Shown here: one piece after another, positions 17,920 to 26,984 of the stretch
Layout: the number at the start of each line of letters is the position of its first letter
Numbering within the stretch: the stretch's first letter is position 1
IMG/VR virus record: IMGVR_UViG_3300037043_000053
Location: 1 to 42,325 of that record
DNA from: a virus
Taxonomy: Duplodnaviria > Caudoviricetes
DNA: 42,325 bases
Reading direction: 5' to 3' (one strand)
Made by a program: the position numbers and the translations under genes
Notes under the pieces: model-generated
What the model was told of the DNA's origin: nothing
Seen by the model: the letters and a program-made list of their open reading frames with translations, nothing else
Database searches by the model: none

Positions 17920-20506
17920 CGCCCACTGCATTACCGTCCGCGATCCGTTCCACCCGATGCGTCATCGGGAGTTGCGCGAGCTGAGCGGCCCGGCGCCGAT
18001 CCGGGCGCTGGCCCCGGTCACCTCGCAGCCCTTCATCATCATCCGCAACGGCGAGGCTGTGCTGCGGGCCGACTGGGACCAGCCCGTAGCCCACGGCGAC
18101 CAGCTGGCCGTGGTGATGCTGCCGCAGGGCGGGGATGATTCGGACATTGGCCAGATCCTGGCCATGATCGTGGTGATGGTGGTGGCCTTCTACACCGGGG
18201 TGTACGTAGGGGGGGCCGAGTGGGGCGGCGCTGTTGCCGGACAGGTGGCGTCGGCTGCTGTCGGCATCGTCGGCAGCGCCCTGGTCAACGCCATGTTCGG
18301 CCCGCCAAAAGCCTCGGGCAACACGGCAGACGGAAAGGCGCAATCACCCACCTACAACATCGCCGCCCAGGGCAACCAGGCCCGGCTCGGCGCTGCCATC
18401 CCGGTTCAATACGGCCGCCACATCTGCTTCCCGGATTTCGCCGCCGCGCCCTATGTCGAGTACGCCGGCAACGAGCAGTACCTTTACCAGTTGTTCTGCA
18501 TTGGCCAGGGTGAATACGAGATCGAGGCGATCCGCATCGAGGACACGCCGATCGGCAACTTCGAAGAGGTGCAGACGGAGATCGTCAGGCCGGGGGAGTC
18601 ACTTGACCTGTTCCCGGCAGCCGTTGTCTCGTCGGATGAGGTGTCCGGTCAGGAAATGCTCTACGCCACGCCCATCGGCGGCTTCACGGCCAACGCCGCC
18701 GGCACAACGGCGACGCGCCTGGCGGTGGATGTGGTCTGCCCGCGTGGCCTTTACTTTGCCACCGACGAAGGGGCTCTGCTCTCCAAGACCATCACCTTCA
18801 CCGTGCGGGCGCGGTCCATCGATGACGAAGGTGCAGCGCTTGGCGGCTGGGTGGTGCTGGGTAACGAAAGCATGTCAGCGGCCACCATCACGCCCATCCG
18901 ACGCTCCTACAGCTACACCGTGTCCGCCGGCCGCTACGAGGTACAGGTCGAGCGGACCAACGCCAAAGACACCTCCAACCGCGCCGGCCATGAAATCGTA
19001 TGGGCAGGCCTGCGGGCCTACCTTGTCGATTCGGCTGACTTCGGCGAAGTGACCTTGCTCGCGGTCAGGATTCGGGCGACCAACAACCTTTCATCGCAGG
19101 CCAGCCGAAAGATCAACGTCATCGCCACGCGCAAGCTGTACTACTGGACCGGTGCCGCCTGGGCCGGGCCGGTGGCCACGCGCTCCATTGCCTGGGCGCT
19201 GGCCGATGCCTGCCAGATGGTCGGCCTGCCGGATTCGCGCATCGACCTTGACGGCCTGGTGGCGCTGGATGCCGAGTGGTCGGCGCGGGGTGACTACATC
19301 GATGGCCGCTTCGATTCGACTGGCACATTCTGGGATGGCTTGAGCCAGATCGCCCGCGCCGGCCGCTGCAAGCCTTACATGCAGGGTGGCATTGTGAATT
19401 TCCGCCGCGACGCGCCTGTGGCGCTGCCCGCTGCGCTGTTCTCCATGCGCAACATCGTCCGCGGCTCGTTCTCGCTTGAGTTCATCACGCCGACCGCCGA
19501 GACGGCCGACGCGGTGGAAGTGACCTACTTCGATTCCTCAACCTGGAAGCCGCGCACGCTGCTGTGCAAGCTGCCCGGATCGCTCGCCGAGAAGCCGGCG
19601 AAGGTGGAGTTGTTCGGCGTCACCAGCCGGGAACAGGCCTACCGCGAAGGCACCTACATGGCCGCCGCCAACCGCTACCGGCGCACGCTGATCAAGCTGA
19701 CGACGGAGATGGAAGGCTTCATCCCGAGCTACGGCGACCTGGTGGCGATCAACCACGATCTGCCCCAGTGGGGCCAGCACGCCGAGACTGTGACCTGGGA
19801 CGAGGCCACGCTGGCGGCCACGCTCTCCGAGCCGCTGACCTGGGAGGCTGGCGACCACTATCTAGGCCTGCGCCGTCGTGACGGCTCACTTTCCGGCCCG
19901 TGGCGGGTGACGCCCGGTGTCGATGCCTACTCGGTGGTCTTTGATCTGCTGCCGGATTTAACGCCCTACACCGGCCAGGACGAAGAGCGCACGCATGTGG
20001 TTTTCGGCTGGGGCGAGACCTGGCGCCAGTTGGCGCGGGTGATCTCGGTCCGGCCCAAGGACGAGACCAAGGTCGAGTTGATCTGCGTCAATGAAGACCC
20101 CTCTGTTCACACAGCCGATGAAGGCATTCTCTCGCCGCCGGTCAATGCCTCGCAACTGCCGGCCACGCCCGCCGCGCCCGTGATCCTTGGTCTGGATGCC
20201 CGCTCATCGCCAAACGACCCGGCACAGATGCTGCTCTCCTGGCAGCCCGCGCCCGGCGCCGAGTACTACCTGATTGAGCAAAGCGCCGACGGCCTGTCAT
20301 GGACCCGCACCGGCGAAACCCGCGCCGCCAACTACACCGGTCAGGCGCTGTATGGCTCGCAAACCATCATCCGCGTCGCGGCCGTCGGCTCGATCCGTGG
20401 CGCGTGGGTGCAGTTTAACTATGCGCTTGGCGCAGATTACATGTGGGCAGCAGATGACACGACGCTGATGTGGACCGACGATTCGAACCTGATGTGGAGA
20501 TATTGA
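17912..20506 (+). CDS. Central tail tip / host specificity protein (gpI+gpJ-like)
   Basis: 864 aa; NQARLG..IPVQYGR, SIAWALAD motifs; C-terminal FN3-like segment. Confidence 0.88.
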   Translation: MFNAHCITVRDPFHPMRHRELRELSGPAPIRALAPVTSQPFIIIRNGEAVLRADWDQPVAHGDQLAVVMLPQGGDDSDIGQILAMIVVMVVAFYTGVYVGGAEWGGAVAGQVASAAVGIVGSALVNAMFGPPKASGNTADGKAQSPTYNIAAQGNQARLGAAIPVQYGRHICFPDFAAAPYVEYAGNEQYLYQLFCIGQGEYEIEAIRIEDTPIGNFEEVQTEIVRPGESLDLFPAAVVSSDEVSGQEMLYATPIGGFTANAAGTTATRLAVDVVCPRGLYFATDEGALLSKTITFTVRARSIDDEGAALGGWVVLGNESMSAATITPIRRSYSYTVSAGRYEVQVERTNAKDTSNRAGHEIVWAGLRAYLVDSADFGEVTLLAVRIRATNNLSSQASRKINVIATRKLYYWTGAAWAGPVATRSIAWALADACQMVGLPDSRIDLDGLVALDAEWSARGDYIDGRFDSTGTFWDGLSQIARAGRCKPYMQGGIVNFRRDAPVALPAALFSMRNIVRGSFSLEFITPTAETADAVEVTYFDSSTWKPRTLLCKLPGSLAEKPAKVELFGVTSREQAYREGTYMAAANRYRRTLIKLTTEMEGFIPSYGDLVAINHDLPQWGQHAETVTWDEATLAATLSEPLTWEAGDHYLGLRRRDGSLSGPWRVTPGVDAYSVVFDLLPDLTPYTGQDEERTHVVFGWGETWRQLARVISVRPKDETKVELICVNEDPSVHTADEGILSPPVNASQLPATPAAPVILGLDARSSPNDPAQMLLSWQPAPGAEYYLIEQSADGLSWTRTGETRAANYTGQALYGSQTIIRVAAVGSIRGAWVQFNYALGADYMWAADDTTLMWTDDSNLMWRY

Positions 20507-20507
20507 T

Positions 20508-21485
20508 ATGACAACGCTTTTAACCACGACCGCAGCCGTAGCCTCAACCGCCACTGAGGGGGATGTCAAAAATCTGCTGACCAACCTGCGGGCCTACATC
20601 GCCGATCTGCTCGGCACGGACTCGGCCAACAAGGGTGCGGCGCTGGCTCTGTTGGGCGCGGCTCTTAATGGCTCAGTCGCAAAGACCGGCGCTTATACCG
20701 TGGTCGCTGCTGATCGGGGCAAGGTGATCTCGTGCAATGGCACTTTTACACTGACCGTGCAGGCGGCGGCGACACTGGGGGATGGGTTTGTGTTTGGCGT
20801 GCTCAACGCCGGCAGCGGGACGATCACGATTGACCCCAACATTTCCGAGCAGATCGACGGGCAACTGACCAAGGTTATCGGGGTCGGTGGCGGCCTGACC
20901 CTTATCTACTGCAACGGAACCTCGTTTTCTACGGTCAGCGGTAGCGGCGGTGGCGGAATGCAAGTGTTCAAAACGGCCGGTTCGCATACCTTTACCGTCC
21001 CGCCCGGAGTTACCTGCGTAAAGGTTACAGCCATAGGTGGCGGCGGGAGCGGTGGTAATGCAACGACATTAGCTTTAGGATCTTCTGCCGCTGGCGGCGG
21101 TGGCTCAGGCGGGAAGATCGTTGCATCAGTCACCGGACTGACGCCAGGCGCATCAATTGCTGTAACGGTTGGGGCGGCTGGTGCTGCGTCGTCTTTTGGT
21201 GCGCACGCAACGGCTAATGCTGGCGGTAACGGCGGGTCTTCTGGTAATAACGCATCGGGGGCAGGTGGGGCTGGCGGAACAGGGTCAGGCTCTGGCGGGT
21301 TTTTCGTATTAAATGGCCGCGCCGGCACAGCCGGAGATGTATCAATACCGATTGCTGGTGTTGGTGCCATATCAACTGATCACCCATATGGATCAGGTGG
21401 TAATGGCGCGGTCAGAAGTGGCGCAACTGCTGGCACAACTGCTGGTTCGGCTGGCTCGTCTGGCCTTGTCCTTGTGGAGTGGTAA
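20508..21485 (+). CDS. Tail fibre with glycine-rich C-terminal domain
   Basis: YTVVAAD.GK motif; FTVPPGVT..KVT.IGGGGSGG ... GLVLVEW gly-rich domain. Confidence 0.8.
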   Translation: MTTLLTTTAAVASTATEGDVKNLLTNLRAYIADLLGTDSANKGAALALLGAALNGSVAKTGAYTVVAADRGKVISCNGTFTLTVQAAATLGDGFVFGVLNAGSGTITIDPNISEQIDGQLTKVIGVGGGLTLIYCNGTSFSTVSGSGGGGMQVFKTAGSHTFTVPPGVTCVKVTAIGGGGSGGNATTLALGSSAAGGGGSGGKIVASVTGLTPGASIAVTVGAAGAASSFGAHATANAGGNGGSSGNNASGAGGAGGTGSGSGGFFVLNGRAGTAGDVSIPIAGVGAISTDHPYGSGGNGAVRSGATAGTTAGSAGSSGLVLVEW

Positions 21486-21754
21486 TGCTCTCCCGCCATA
21501 TAGTCAAATACGAGTCGGCCCTCGACGCGCACCTCGACGCGGTTGCGAAACAGTACCGCTACGACACCCGCTTCACCTTCGCCCTACGTGCCGCTTACCC
21601 CGGCCCGTGGCAGGCCGAGGGCATTGCCTTCGCTCAGTGGATGGATGCCTGCAACATCCAGGCATTCACGTTGCTGCAGCAAGTGCTGGCCGGCCAGGCG
21701 GCGCTGCCGTCGCTGGCCGATTTCATTGCGTCACTCCCGGAGTTCAAACCATGA
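21485..21754 (+). CDS. Putative tail fibre assembly-associated protein
   Basis: HLDAVAK..RYD, EG.AFA.WMD.C motifs; follows fibre gene. Confidence 0.65.
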   Translation: MLSRHIVKYESALDAHLDAVAKQYRYDTRFTFALRAAYPGPWQAEGIAFAQWMDACNIQAFTLLQQVLAGQAALPSLADFIASLPEFKP

Positions 21755-21990
21755 GACAGCAGATCATTGCGCTGAACCAGTTCCTGCACGTCTGGTTACT
21801 TTTCTGGATTCCCGGCGGCACTTGGGCAGACGAGTCGTTTTCCGCCAAGTGCTGGCGCACGCGGGCGATCAATCCGCGGCTGTGGCGCTGGGTGGATCGG
21901 CTGTTTTTCTGGGAGCCGCACCACTGCCAGCAGGCCTATATCAACGAGGAAATCCGCCGCGACATGCCGCCGGAGGTGCGCCATGCCTGA
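21751..21990 (+). CDS. Small conserved phage protein (IALNQ...DES.SA...W.DRLFF..HC)
   Basis: ATGA overlap; motif pattern seen before lysis genes. Confidence 0.65.
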   Translation: MRQQIIALNQFLHVWLLFWIPGGTWADESFSAKCWRTRAINPRLWRWVDRLFFWEPHHCQQAYINEEIRRDMPPEVRHA

Positions 21991-22282
21991 ACGCGTTGTC
22001 CAGTGGTACGAGCAGATTGCCCACGCGCTGCTGTTCGGCGTCATCGGCCTGACCATCGGCATCGGCCAGTTGCTGGCCAGCGGCGAGGTGCTGACCTGGC
22101 GCATCGTCATCGGCCGGGCGCTCTCTACCGGCGGCATCGCAATGGGCGCCGGTGCGGTGCTCGTCTGGGTGCCGGAGCTGTCGCTCATCGGCCAGATGGG
22201 GGTCGCCGCCGCGCTGGCCAGTCTCGGCACCAGCGGCCTGGAGCGAATGTTTCAGCGCATCATTCAGGGGAGGGCCGGCTGA
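21983..22282 (+). CDS. Holin
   Basis: 99 aa, 2-3 TM segments; upstream of endolysin. Confidence 0.8.
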   Translation: MPERVVQWYEQIAHALLFGVIGLTIGIGQLLASGEVLTWRIVIGRALSTGGIAMGAGAVLVWVPELSLIGQMGVAAALASLGTSGLERMFQRIIQGRAG

Positions 22283-22395
22283 TGGATACCGTGCTGTTTG
22301 TGCTGCTTTGCATCGCCATCGCCGCCTTCGGCGCTTGGGACTCCACCCGCTGCCGGCATCACCGCCGGGACAAGCTGCCGGAGGACATCCAGTGA
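22282..22395 (+). CDS. Small membrane protein (MDTVLFVLLCIAIAAF...)
   Basis: 37 aa, one TM; start and stop overlap holin and endolysin. Confidence 0.5.
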   Translation: MDTVLFVLLCIAIAAFGAWDSTRCRHHRRDKLPEDIQ

Positions 22396-22883
22396 CCACC
22401 CGCCCGACCTGGCTGCTGGAAGCCTATCACCACATCGGCATGGCAGAAGTGCCGGGGCCGCCCACGCACCCGACGATCACCACCTGGCTGCGGCGCCTGA
22501 AGGCCTGGTGGGCGGACGATGAGACGCCCTGGTGCGGTGTGTTTGTCGCCGCCTGCATTGACCAGGCGGGGCTGCCCTTGCCGCGTCTGTGGATGCGCGC
22601 CAAGGCATGGGCCGACTGGGGTGTGCGCCTGGCGCAGCCGGTGCCGGGCTGCATTGTGGTCTTCGCCCGCCAGGGCGGGGGGCATGTCGGGTTTGTGGTC
22701 GGCCGTACCAAGGCCGGCCTGCTGATGGTGTTGGGCGGTAACCAGGGAGACAAGGTCAGCATCGCGCCGTTTGAATTGTCGCGGGTGCTGGCCTATGTCT
22801 GGCCGGCCGGTGTGCCGGTGCCGGATGAGCGCGACCTGGCCATGATGTCCGCGCTTGGCCCGGTCTCTCGGAACGAGGTCTGA
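22392..22883 (+). CDS. Endolysin, TIGR02594-like NlpC/P60-CHAP peptidase
   Basis: DETPWCG.FV, GGGHVGFV, VLGGNQ.DKV motifs; GTG start with GGAGG RBS. Confidence 0.88.
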   Translation: MTTRPTWLLEAYHHIGMAEVPGPPTHPTITTWLRRLKAWWADDETPWCGVFVAACIDQAGLPLPRLWMRAKAWADWGVRLAQPVPGCIVVFARQGGGHVGFVVGRTKAGLLMVLGGNQGDKVSIAPFELSRVLAYVWPAGVPVPDERDLAMMSALGPVSRNEV

Positions 22884-22884
22884 G

Positions 22885-23358
22885 ATGCTGAGCCGGCTCG
22901 ATCCGTATCTTGGCCTGATCAAGGCTGCCGGCGTTGTCGTCGCCGTGCTGCTGGTTCTGTGGTGGTGGAGCGCCCACAACGCCGCGCAGCAGGCCATTGG
23001 CTATCAGCGCGCCGTCGCTGAATACGACCGCCGGCTGGCCAAGGCCACGGAAGCCGCCCGCGTGCGAGAACAAGGATGGTTTTTACAATGGGAAAGGGCT
23101 GCCAATGAACGCGCCGAAACCGACCAGCGGCTGGCTGCCGCCCGTGCTGATGCTATTGCTGCTGACCAGCGGCTGCGCCACACCGCCGCCGATTACCGCC
23201 GCCGCCTGTCCGCAGCTACCGCCGAAACCGCCCGCGCTGCAGCCGCCACCGCCGCAGACCTACTCGCAGAGTGCAGCGGCGAATATCGAGCGCTGGCAGC
23301 AGCGGCTGATGGCCACGCTGCCGACGCCGAACAATGCCGCGATGCCTGGCCGGGGTGA
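22885..23358 (+). CDS. i-spanin (Rz-like)
   Basis: N-terminal TM followed by Ala-rich coiled coil; after endolysin. Confidence 0.82.
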   Translation: MLSRLDPYLGLIKAAGVVVAVLLVLWWWSAHNAAQQAIGYQRAVAEYDRRLAKATEAARVREQGWFLQWERAANERAETDQRLAAARADAIAADQRLRHTAADYRRRLSAATAETARAAAATAADLLAECSGEYRALAAAADGHAADAEQCRDAWPG

Positions 23359-23362
23359 GTAG
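23105..23362 (+). CDS. o-spanin (Rz1-like) lipoprotein overlapping the i-spanin
   Basis: Alternative frame; LLLLTSGC lipobox followed by Pro-rich mature region. Confidence 0.75.
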   Translation: MNAPKPTSGWLPPVLMLLLLTSGCATPPPITAAACPQLPPKPPALQPPPPQTYSQSAAANIERWQQRLMATLPTPNNAAMPGRGE

Positions 23363-23694
23363 TGCGGCTCATGTCCAACTGCTGGCTGGCTGCGATGTGG
23401 ATCTGGGCCGCCGGTCACTTCCGACAATACGCCTGGGTGCGCCGCTCGCACAGCTTTGGCGGCATGATCCCGCACTTCGGCGCCGCCGAGCGCGACGGCT
23501 GGCGCCATATGCGCGCCATTGAGTACATTCCGCCAAAGCGCGAACTATGGACCCGCCGCAACAAGGTGCTGCTGTTCGCCGGCAGCTACCGCGTCTGGCA
23601 TTTTCGCGTCATCAGCGTCCGCCGCTGGGCGACGAAAGAGCAGGCGCTGGCCGACATTTACTGGGGGAGCAAACCATGCCCGATGCCAAAGTGA
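23362..23694 (+). CDS. Hypothetical protein (Trp/Arg-rich)
   Basis: Continuous with lysis cassette; alternative ATG at 23371. Confidence 0.6.
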   Translation: MRLMSNCWLAAMWIWAAGHFRQYAWVRRSHSFGGMIPHFGAAERDGWRHMRAIEYIPPKRELWTRRNKVLLFAGSYRVWHFRVISVRRWATKEQALADIYWGSKPCPMPK

Positions 23695-23816
23695 TCAACC
23701 TGGCCCAATGGAAAGCCGCCCACCCGCCGGCATTGTTGCTGTGGCAGCATGGGCTTGCTTGTGCTGTGGCCTGGCAGCGGCTCTGGCTCAAGCTGGTGTT
23801 TGGTCCGCGATCCTGA
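23676..23816 (+). CDS. Small hypothetical protein (MPDAKVINLAQWK...)
   Basis: GGAG RBS, overlaps upstream gene. Confidence 0.45.
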   Translation: MPDAKVINLAQWKAAHPPALLLWQHGLACAVAWQRLWLKLVFGPRS

Positions 23817-24162
23817 GTGCCTTGCGGATGCCTTCGCTGACGTTTCCGTTGCCTAGGCGCGTGGCGATAGCGATGCTTTCGGCGTCGAGGTAGGTGTTGA
23901 CTTTCTTTCCACCAGACATCTCGGACGGGCGGCCAGCGGTGCCCAGTGCTGCCGCAACCTTTCGGCCGTCCAGAGGCCGAATCACGGACGCATTGACCTG
24001 GACATAAGTGCCTGTTGCCTCAATGCGCACCAATGCGCCGGTATCGGTTTCGTCCCTGGTTACCGTGCCGAGCGCGGTTGAGTTGGCAGGGAGTGTGTTT
24101 GTGTAGAGCCGCCAATTACCGCCTGTATTGACGGTAAGGCGGCCACGATTTTCGTGTGTCAT
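23788..24162 (-). CDS. Hypothetical protein with C-terminal ribbon-helix-helix-like DNA-binding motif
   Basis: GRP...KKVNTYLD...GNGNVSEGIRKAL. Confidence 0.7.
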   Translation of the reverse strand: MTHENRGRLTVNTGGNWRLYTNTLPANSTALGTVTRDETDTGALVRIEATGTYVQVNASVIRPLDGRKVAAALGTAGRPSEMSGGKKVNTYLDAESIAIATRLGNGNVSEGIRKALRIADQTPA

Positions 24163-24175
24163 GGCCGCTGTCCTT

Positions 24176-24400
24176 TTACTTGTTGAGTTCGTAGGCGGCG
24201 ATATAATCGGCCAGTTCGCGTTTTGCATCTTCAGCGGTGCGGGCGCCAAACACATCAGCAAAAGCGCCTTCGGCTTGTTCGATGTTTCCGCTTTCGATTT
24301 CAGCGGTCAGTGTTTCGATGCGCGCCTTGATGTCGGCCAGATATGCGGCACGACCGCCAAAGTGCAGATCAAGTTCGTTATCGTTGCGGCGGATGGTCAT
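24176..24400 (-). CDS. Small acidic hypothetical protein
   Basis: AGGAG RBS upstream of MTIRRNDNEL. Confidence 0.65.
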   Translation of the reverse strand: MTIRRNDNELDLHFGGRAAYLADIKARIETLTAEIESGNIEQAEGAFADVFGARTAEDAKRELADYIAAYELNK

Positions 24401-24466
24401 TTTGTTTCTCCTACCCCTGATTCCCCGAGGTGCGGCTGGTTGGCGTTGTTGCCTTCCATGAGTTCT

Positions 24467-24513
24467 ATTATATGCGTACAAAACTTAATTGCAAGTGGTT
24501 TATGCGTATAAAA
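24467..24513 (-). promoter_or_regulatory. Sigma70-like promoter with two 13-bp direct repeats
   Basis: TTGCAA-16-TATAAT on minus strand; TATGCGTAYAAAA at 24471-24483 and 24501-24513. Confidence 0.6.
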
Positions 24514-24545
24514 GTAAATATTCCGAGGGGGTTTTGAACTGCCTC

Positions 24546-26159
24546 CTAGCCGCCGAAGTCATCGGCGGCCCGCCGGTCGCCGGTTTTGCGGTCAATCGTC
24601 AGGATACGGCTGCCGCCGCCCTTGCCGACCAGGATCAGGCCGATAGTCTGGCCATCCTCGTCGGGCAAAAACCCCTTGCCGTAAATGGCGATGCGCTCGA
24701 ACGTGTCGCGCACCAGCTTCCGCGCCATCATCCGCGCCTCTTCGTCAAGGCTGGCTACGCCATTGACCAGCGCCCGCCAGGCCTCCGCCTTGGCCGGCGT
24801 GCCCGCCTGGCTGGCTGCCGACAGATCCCGCTCGGCGGCCTTGGCTTCGCTCCTGGCCCTCCCCAGTTCCCCCTCCAGTTCCCGCGCCTTGCGCACAAAA
24901 ACCAGTGGCGTGGCGCCGTCATCGGCCGCCAGTAGTGCCTCAGTAACCCGCTCCAGCTTTTGTTCAAGCTCGGCGACAACGCCACGGGCCACCGCCAGCC
25001 GGGCGCGCATGGGCGCCAGCCGGTCACCGCCCTCAAGCAGGGCGGATAGGTTCATCTGGTCGGCGCAGTAAGTCATGATCGCCCGCTCGATCAGCCCAGC
25101 CTGGCAGCTGGCCGGGTGCGGGCAGGGGCGCTTCGTTGCCTTGCAGGCGCAGTTGATCCGCCGGTTTCCATCCGACAAGGTGCCATCACCCCGCGCCCGG
25201 CTGCTGAGGTTCATCGCCACCATCGGCCCGACACAATAGCCGCAAAAGGCCACGCCAATGCCGGTGATGATGCCCGGTATCCGGCGGATGGAAGCGCCAC
25301 CGGTCGGCGCCCGCTGCGCCATCATCGCCTGCAGCCGGTCAAACTCATCCGTCGTGACGATGGCCGGGTAGTAACCCGGCAGGGCGAACCGTTCGCCATC
25401 GATAACCACCACCCGCGTGCCTGCCAGCGCCGGGTTACGGATCAGACGGTAAATCTGGTTCGAGTTCGGATTGCCATCGGTCATCTGCATCCGCCGCTCA
25501 GCCAGCGTGTCGGCAATGCGCACATGGCCATGGCCGCGCCGGAACATATCGAGTGCCAGGCGAATCGCTGCCGCCCGATCCTCGCGCAACACCCATTCCC
25601 CATCCACAAACGCCAGCCACTGCGGCAGCTTGCCATGTCGCCCACCGCGCCGCTGGCCGGTCGCCAGCCATGTCTCGCAATGCTTGCGCAGCGCCGCCTT
25701 CGCCCGCTGGCTCTTGGTCTCTGATTCCTCGTGGGCGCGGATCATCACCAGCAGCGAATACACCAGATCCATCGGATTGGCCTTGAGGCTCTCCCGGTGG
25801 TACTGCTTGCCGTCAGCCGCCGTCACCACCGTGATGTCGGCGTTGATGATCTGCGCCAGTTGCGCCTGGGCAAGGATCGGCTCGGCGCGCGAAAGGCGAT
25901 CAAGCCCCTCAACAATCAGCACCGACCCCGGCGGAATGCGCCCGGCCTGCACCGCGTCAAGAAACACCCCGAGCGCCCCCTGCTTGACATGCCGGCCATG
26001 AAAAGCGCTCAGCCCTTCATCGCGCATGGTCAGTGATTCATCAAGCGCCATGCCGTGCTCGACGGCCCAGCGCTTGGCATAATCGAGCTGGCGCTCTATG
26101 CTCGTGCCGGCGCGCTGCTTGATGCTGGAAAACCGAATGTAGCTGTAGACCTGTGACAT
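24546..26159 (-). CDS. Large serine recombinase (integrase)
   Basis: YSYIRFSS..Q catalytic Ser, LIVEGLDRLSR, recombinase domain, Cys zinc ribbon and coiled coil. Confidence 0.93.
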   Translation of the reverse strand: MSQVYSYIRFSSIKQRAGTSIERQLDYAKRWAVEHGMALDESLTMRDEGLSAFHGRHVKQGALGVFLDAVQAGRIPPGSVLIVEGLDRLSRAEPILAQAQLAQIINADITVVTAADGKQYHRESLKANPMDLVYSLLVMIRAHEESETKSQRAKAALRKHCETWLATGQRRGGRHGKLPQWLAFVDGEWVLREDRAAAIRLALDMFRRGHGHVRIADTLAERRMQMTDGNPNSNQIYRLIRNPALAGTRVVVIDGERFALPGYYPAIVTTDEFDRLQAMMAQRAPTGGASIRRIPGIITGIGVAFCGYCVGPMVAMNLSSRARGDGTLSDGNRRINCACKATKRPCPHPASCQAGLIERAIMTYCADQMNLSALLEGGDRLAPMRARLAVARGVVAELEQKLERVTEALLAADDGATPLVFVRKARELEGELGRARSEAKAAERDLSAASQAGTPAKAEAWRALVNGVASLDEEARMMARKLVRDTFERIAIYGKGFLPDEDGQTIGLILVGKGGGSRILTIDRKTGDRRAADDFGG

Positions 26160-26189
26160 GGCGCGCAGTCTAGAGCCTTTTGCTGGCGC

Positions 26190-26239
26190 TGTATATTTAG
26201 CTGTGCGATTAGCCAGATATACGCAGTGCTAAATAAACA
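26190..26239. other. Candidate attP site
   Basis: 50-bp imperfect inverted repeat (TGTATATTTAGCTGTGCG ... CGCAGTGCTAAATAAACA) 30 bp upstream of the integrase start. Confidence 0.7.
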
Positions 26240-26240
26240 T

Positions 26241-26435
26241 CTATTCAGCCTGATCGCGCTGATGCCTTTCGGCCATCATTTCCTTGTATTTCCGCCGTTC
26301 ACGACGAATTTTCGAGCCTGAGAAGTAGATGATCAGGCCGCATGGCAGGGCGCCGTAGAAGAGGAAAGAGAAGATGCCGGCGACCAGGATGGTGACGTAC
26401 AGCCATCCGATGACGATGATCATGGTAAAGGGCAT
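26241..26435 (-). CDS. Small membrane protein
   Basis: Two hydrophobic segments and basic C-terminal tail. Confidence 0.6.
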   Translation of the reverse strand: MPFTMIIVIGWLYVTILVAGIFSFLFYGALPCGLIIYFSGSKIRRERRKYKEMMAERHQRDQAE

Positions 26436-26453
26436 GGTGGCATTGTAAAAGCG

Positions 26454-26477
26454 AAAAGCCCGCGCTAGGCGGGCTTT
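26454..26477 (-). terminator. Intrinsic terminator ending the leftward early operon
   Basis: AAAGCCCGC-loop-GCGGGCTTT; T-run on minus strand. Confidence 0.75.
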
Positions 26478-26606
26478 GTGTCCGGTTTGTCCGGTGTAAA
26501 TATCTATCGGTCTTGCGCGCCGGCCTGCGGCGCTGTGGTTTCGGCTGCCGTCTTTCCCGGATTAGCGGACACTTCCAGGATTAGGCGACAGTTTTGTCGT
26601 CTACTA

Positions 26607-26915
26607 CTAGTTAGGCGGCTCAATCCTGAACTCGCACTCAAATGCAATGATTGCCGGTGGCTCAATCCAAGACGCAAATCCTTTCGGCAACTCTGCTGTT
26701 CGCCGCAAGCAGTCGTCGCAGCCTTCGCGCCATCCTTCGTCTTCGTCGCCAACACCTGCGCATCGCGCAACGTCAGGCGGCAATGTTGGCTGCTTCTTCT
26801 CAACCTGCTCGCCGTTGTCCGCCCAGCGTTTCACACCGTCGCGCCCGATCACCCATTTCCGAGATGTTCCGCGCTCTAGGTCAATCGTGGTTCCAAATCC
26901 GCCAGTAATTCCCAT
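26607..26915 (-). CDS. Hypothetical protein carried antisense in the cassette (Cys-containing C-terminus)
   Basis: GGAGG RBS; DVARC.G...CDDCLRR motif; ends PN* across the GTTAGGC core. Confidence 0.7.
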   Translation of the reverse strand: MGITGGFGTTIDLERGTSRKWVIGRDGVKRWADNGEQVEKKQPTLPPDVARCAGVGDEDEGWREGCDDCLRRTAELPKGFASWIEPPAIIAFECEFRIEPPN

Positions 26916-26984
26916 GTTCAACCTCCCGCGCCTAACACGGCGCTCAAAGCGGACGGTGCTGACGCACCGCCCTTTAGCTCAGCG
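26611..26984 (+). mobile_element. Integron-type gene cassette (374 bp)
   Basis: Begins G|TTAGGC (26610-26616); its attC begins with the exact complement GCCTAAC (26930-26936) and ends G|TTGGGC. Confidence 0.72.

Noticed and set aside
17912-21485. Tail tip or fibre as a remote DGR target
   Set aside because: No TR-like sequence (AW.Q.F..G.Q...ELRARAVRR) found by eye in these genes or in the 7-11 kb block
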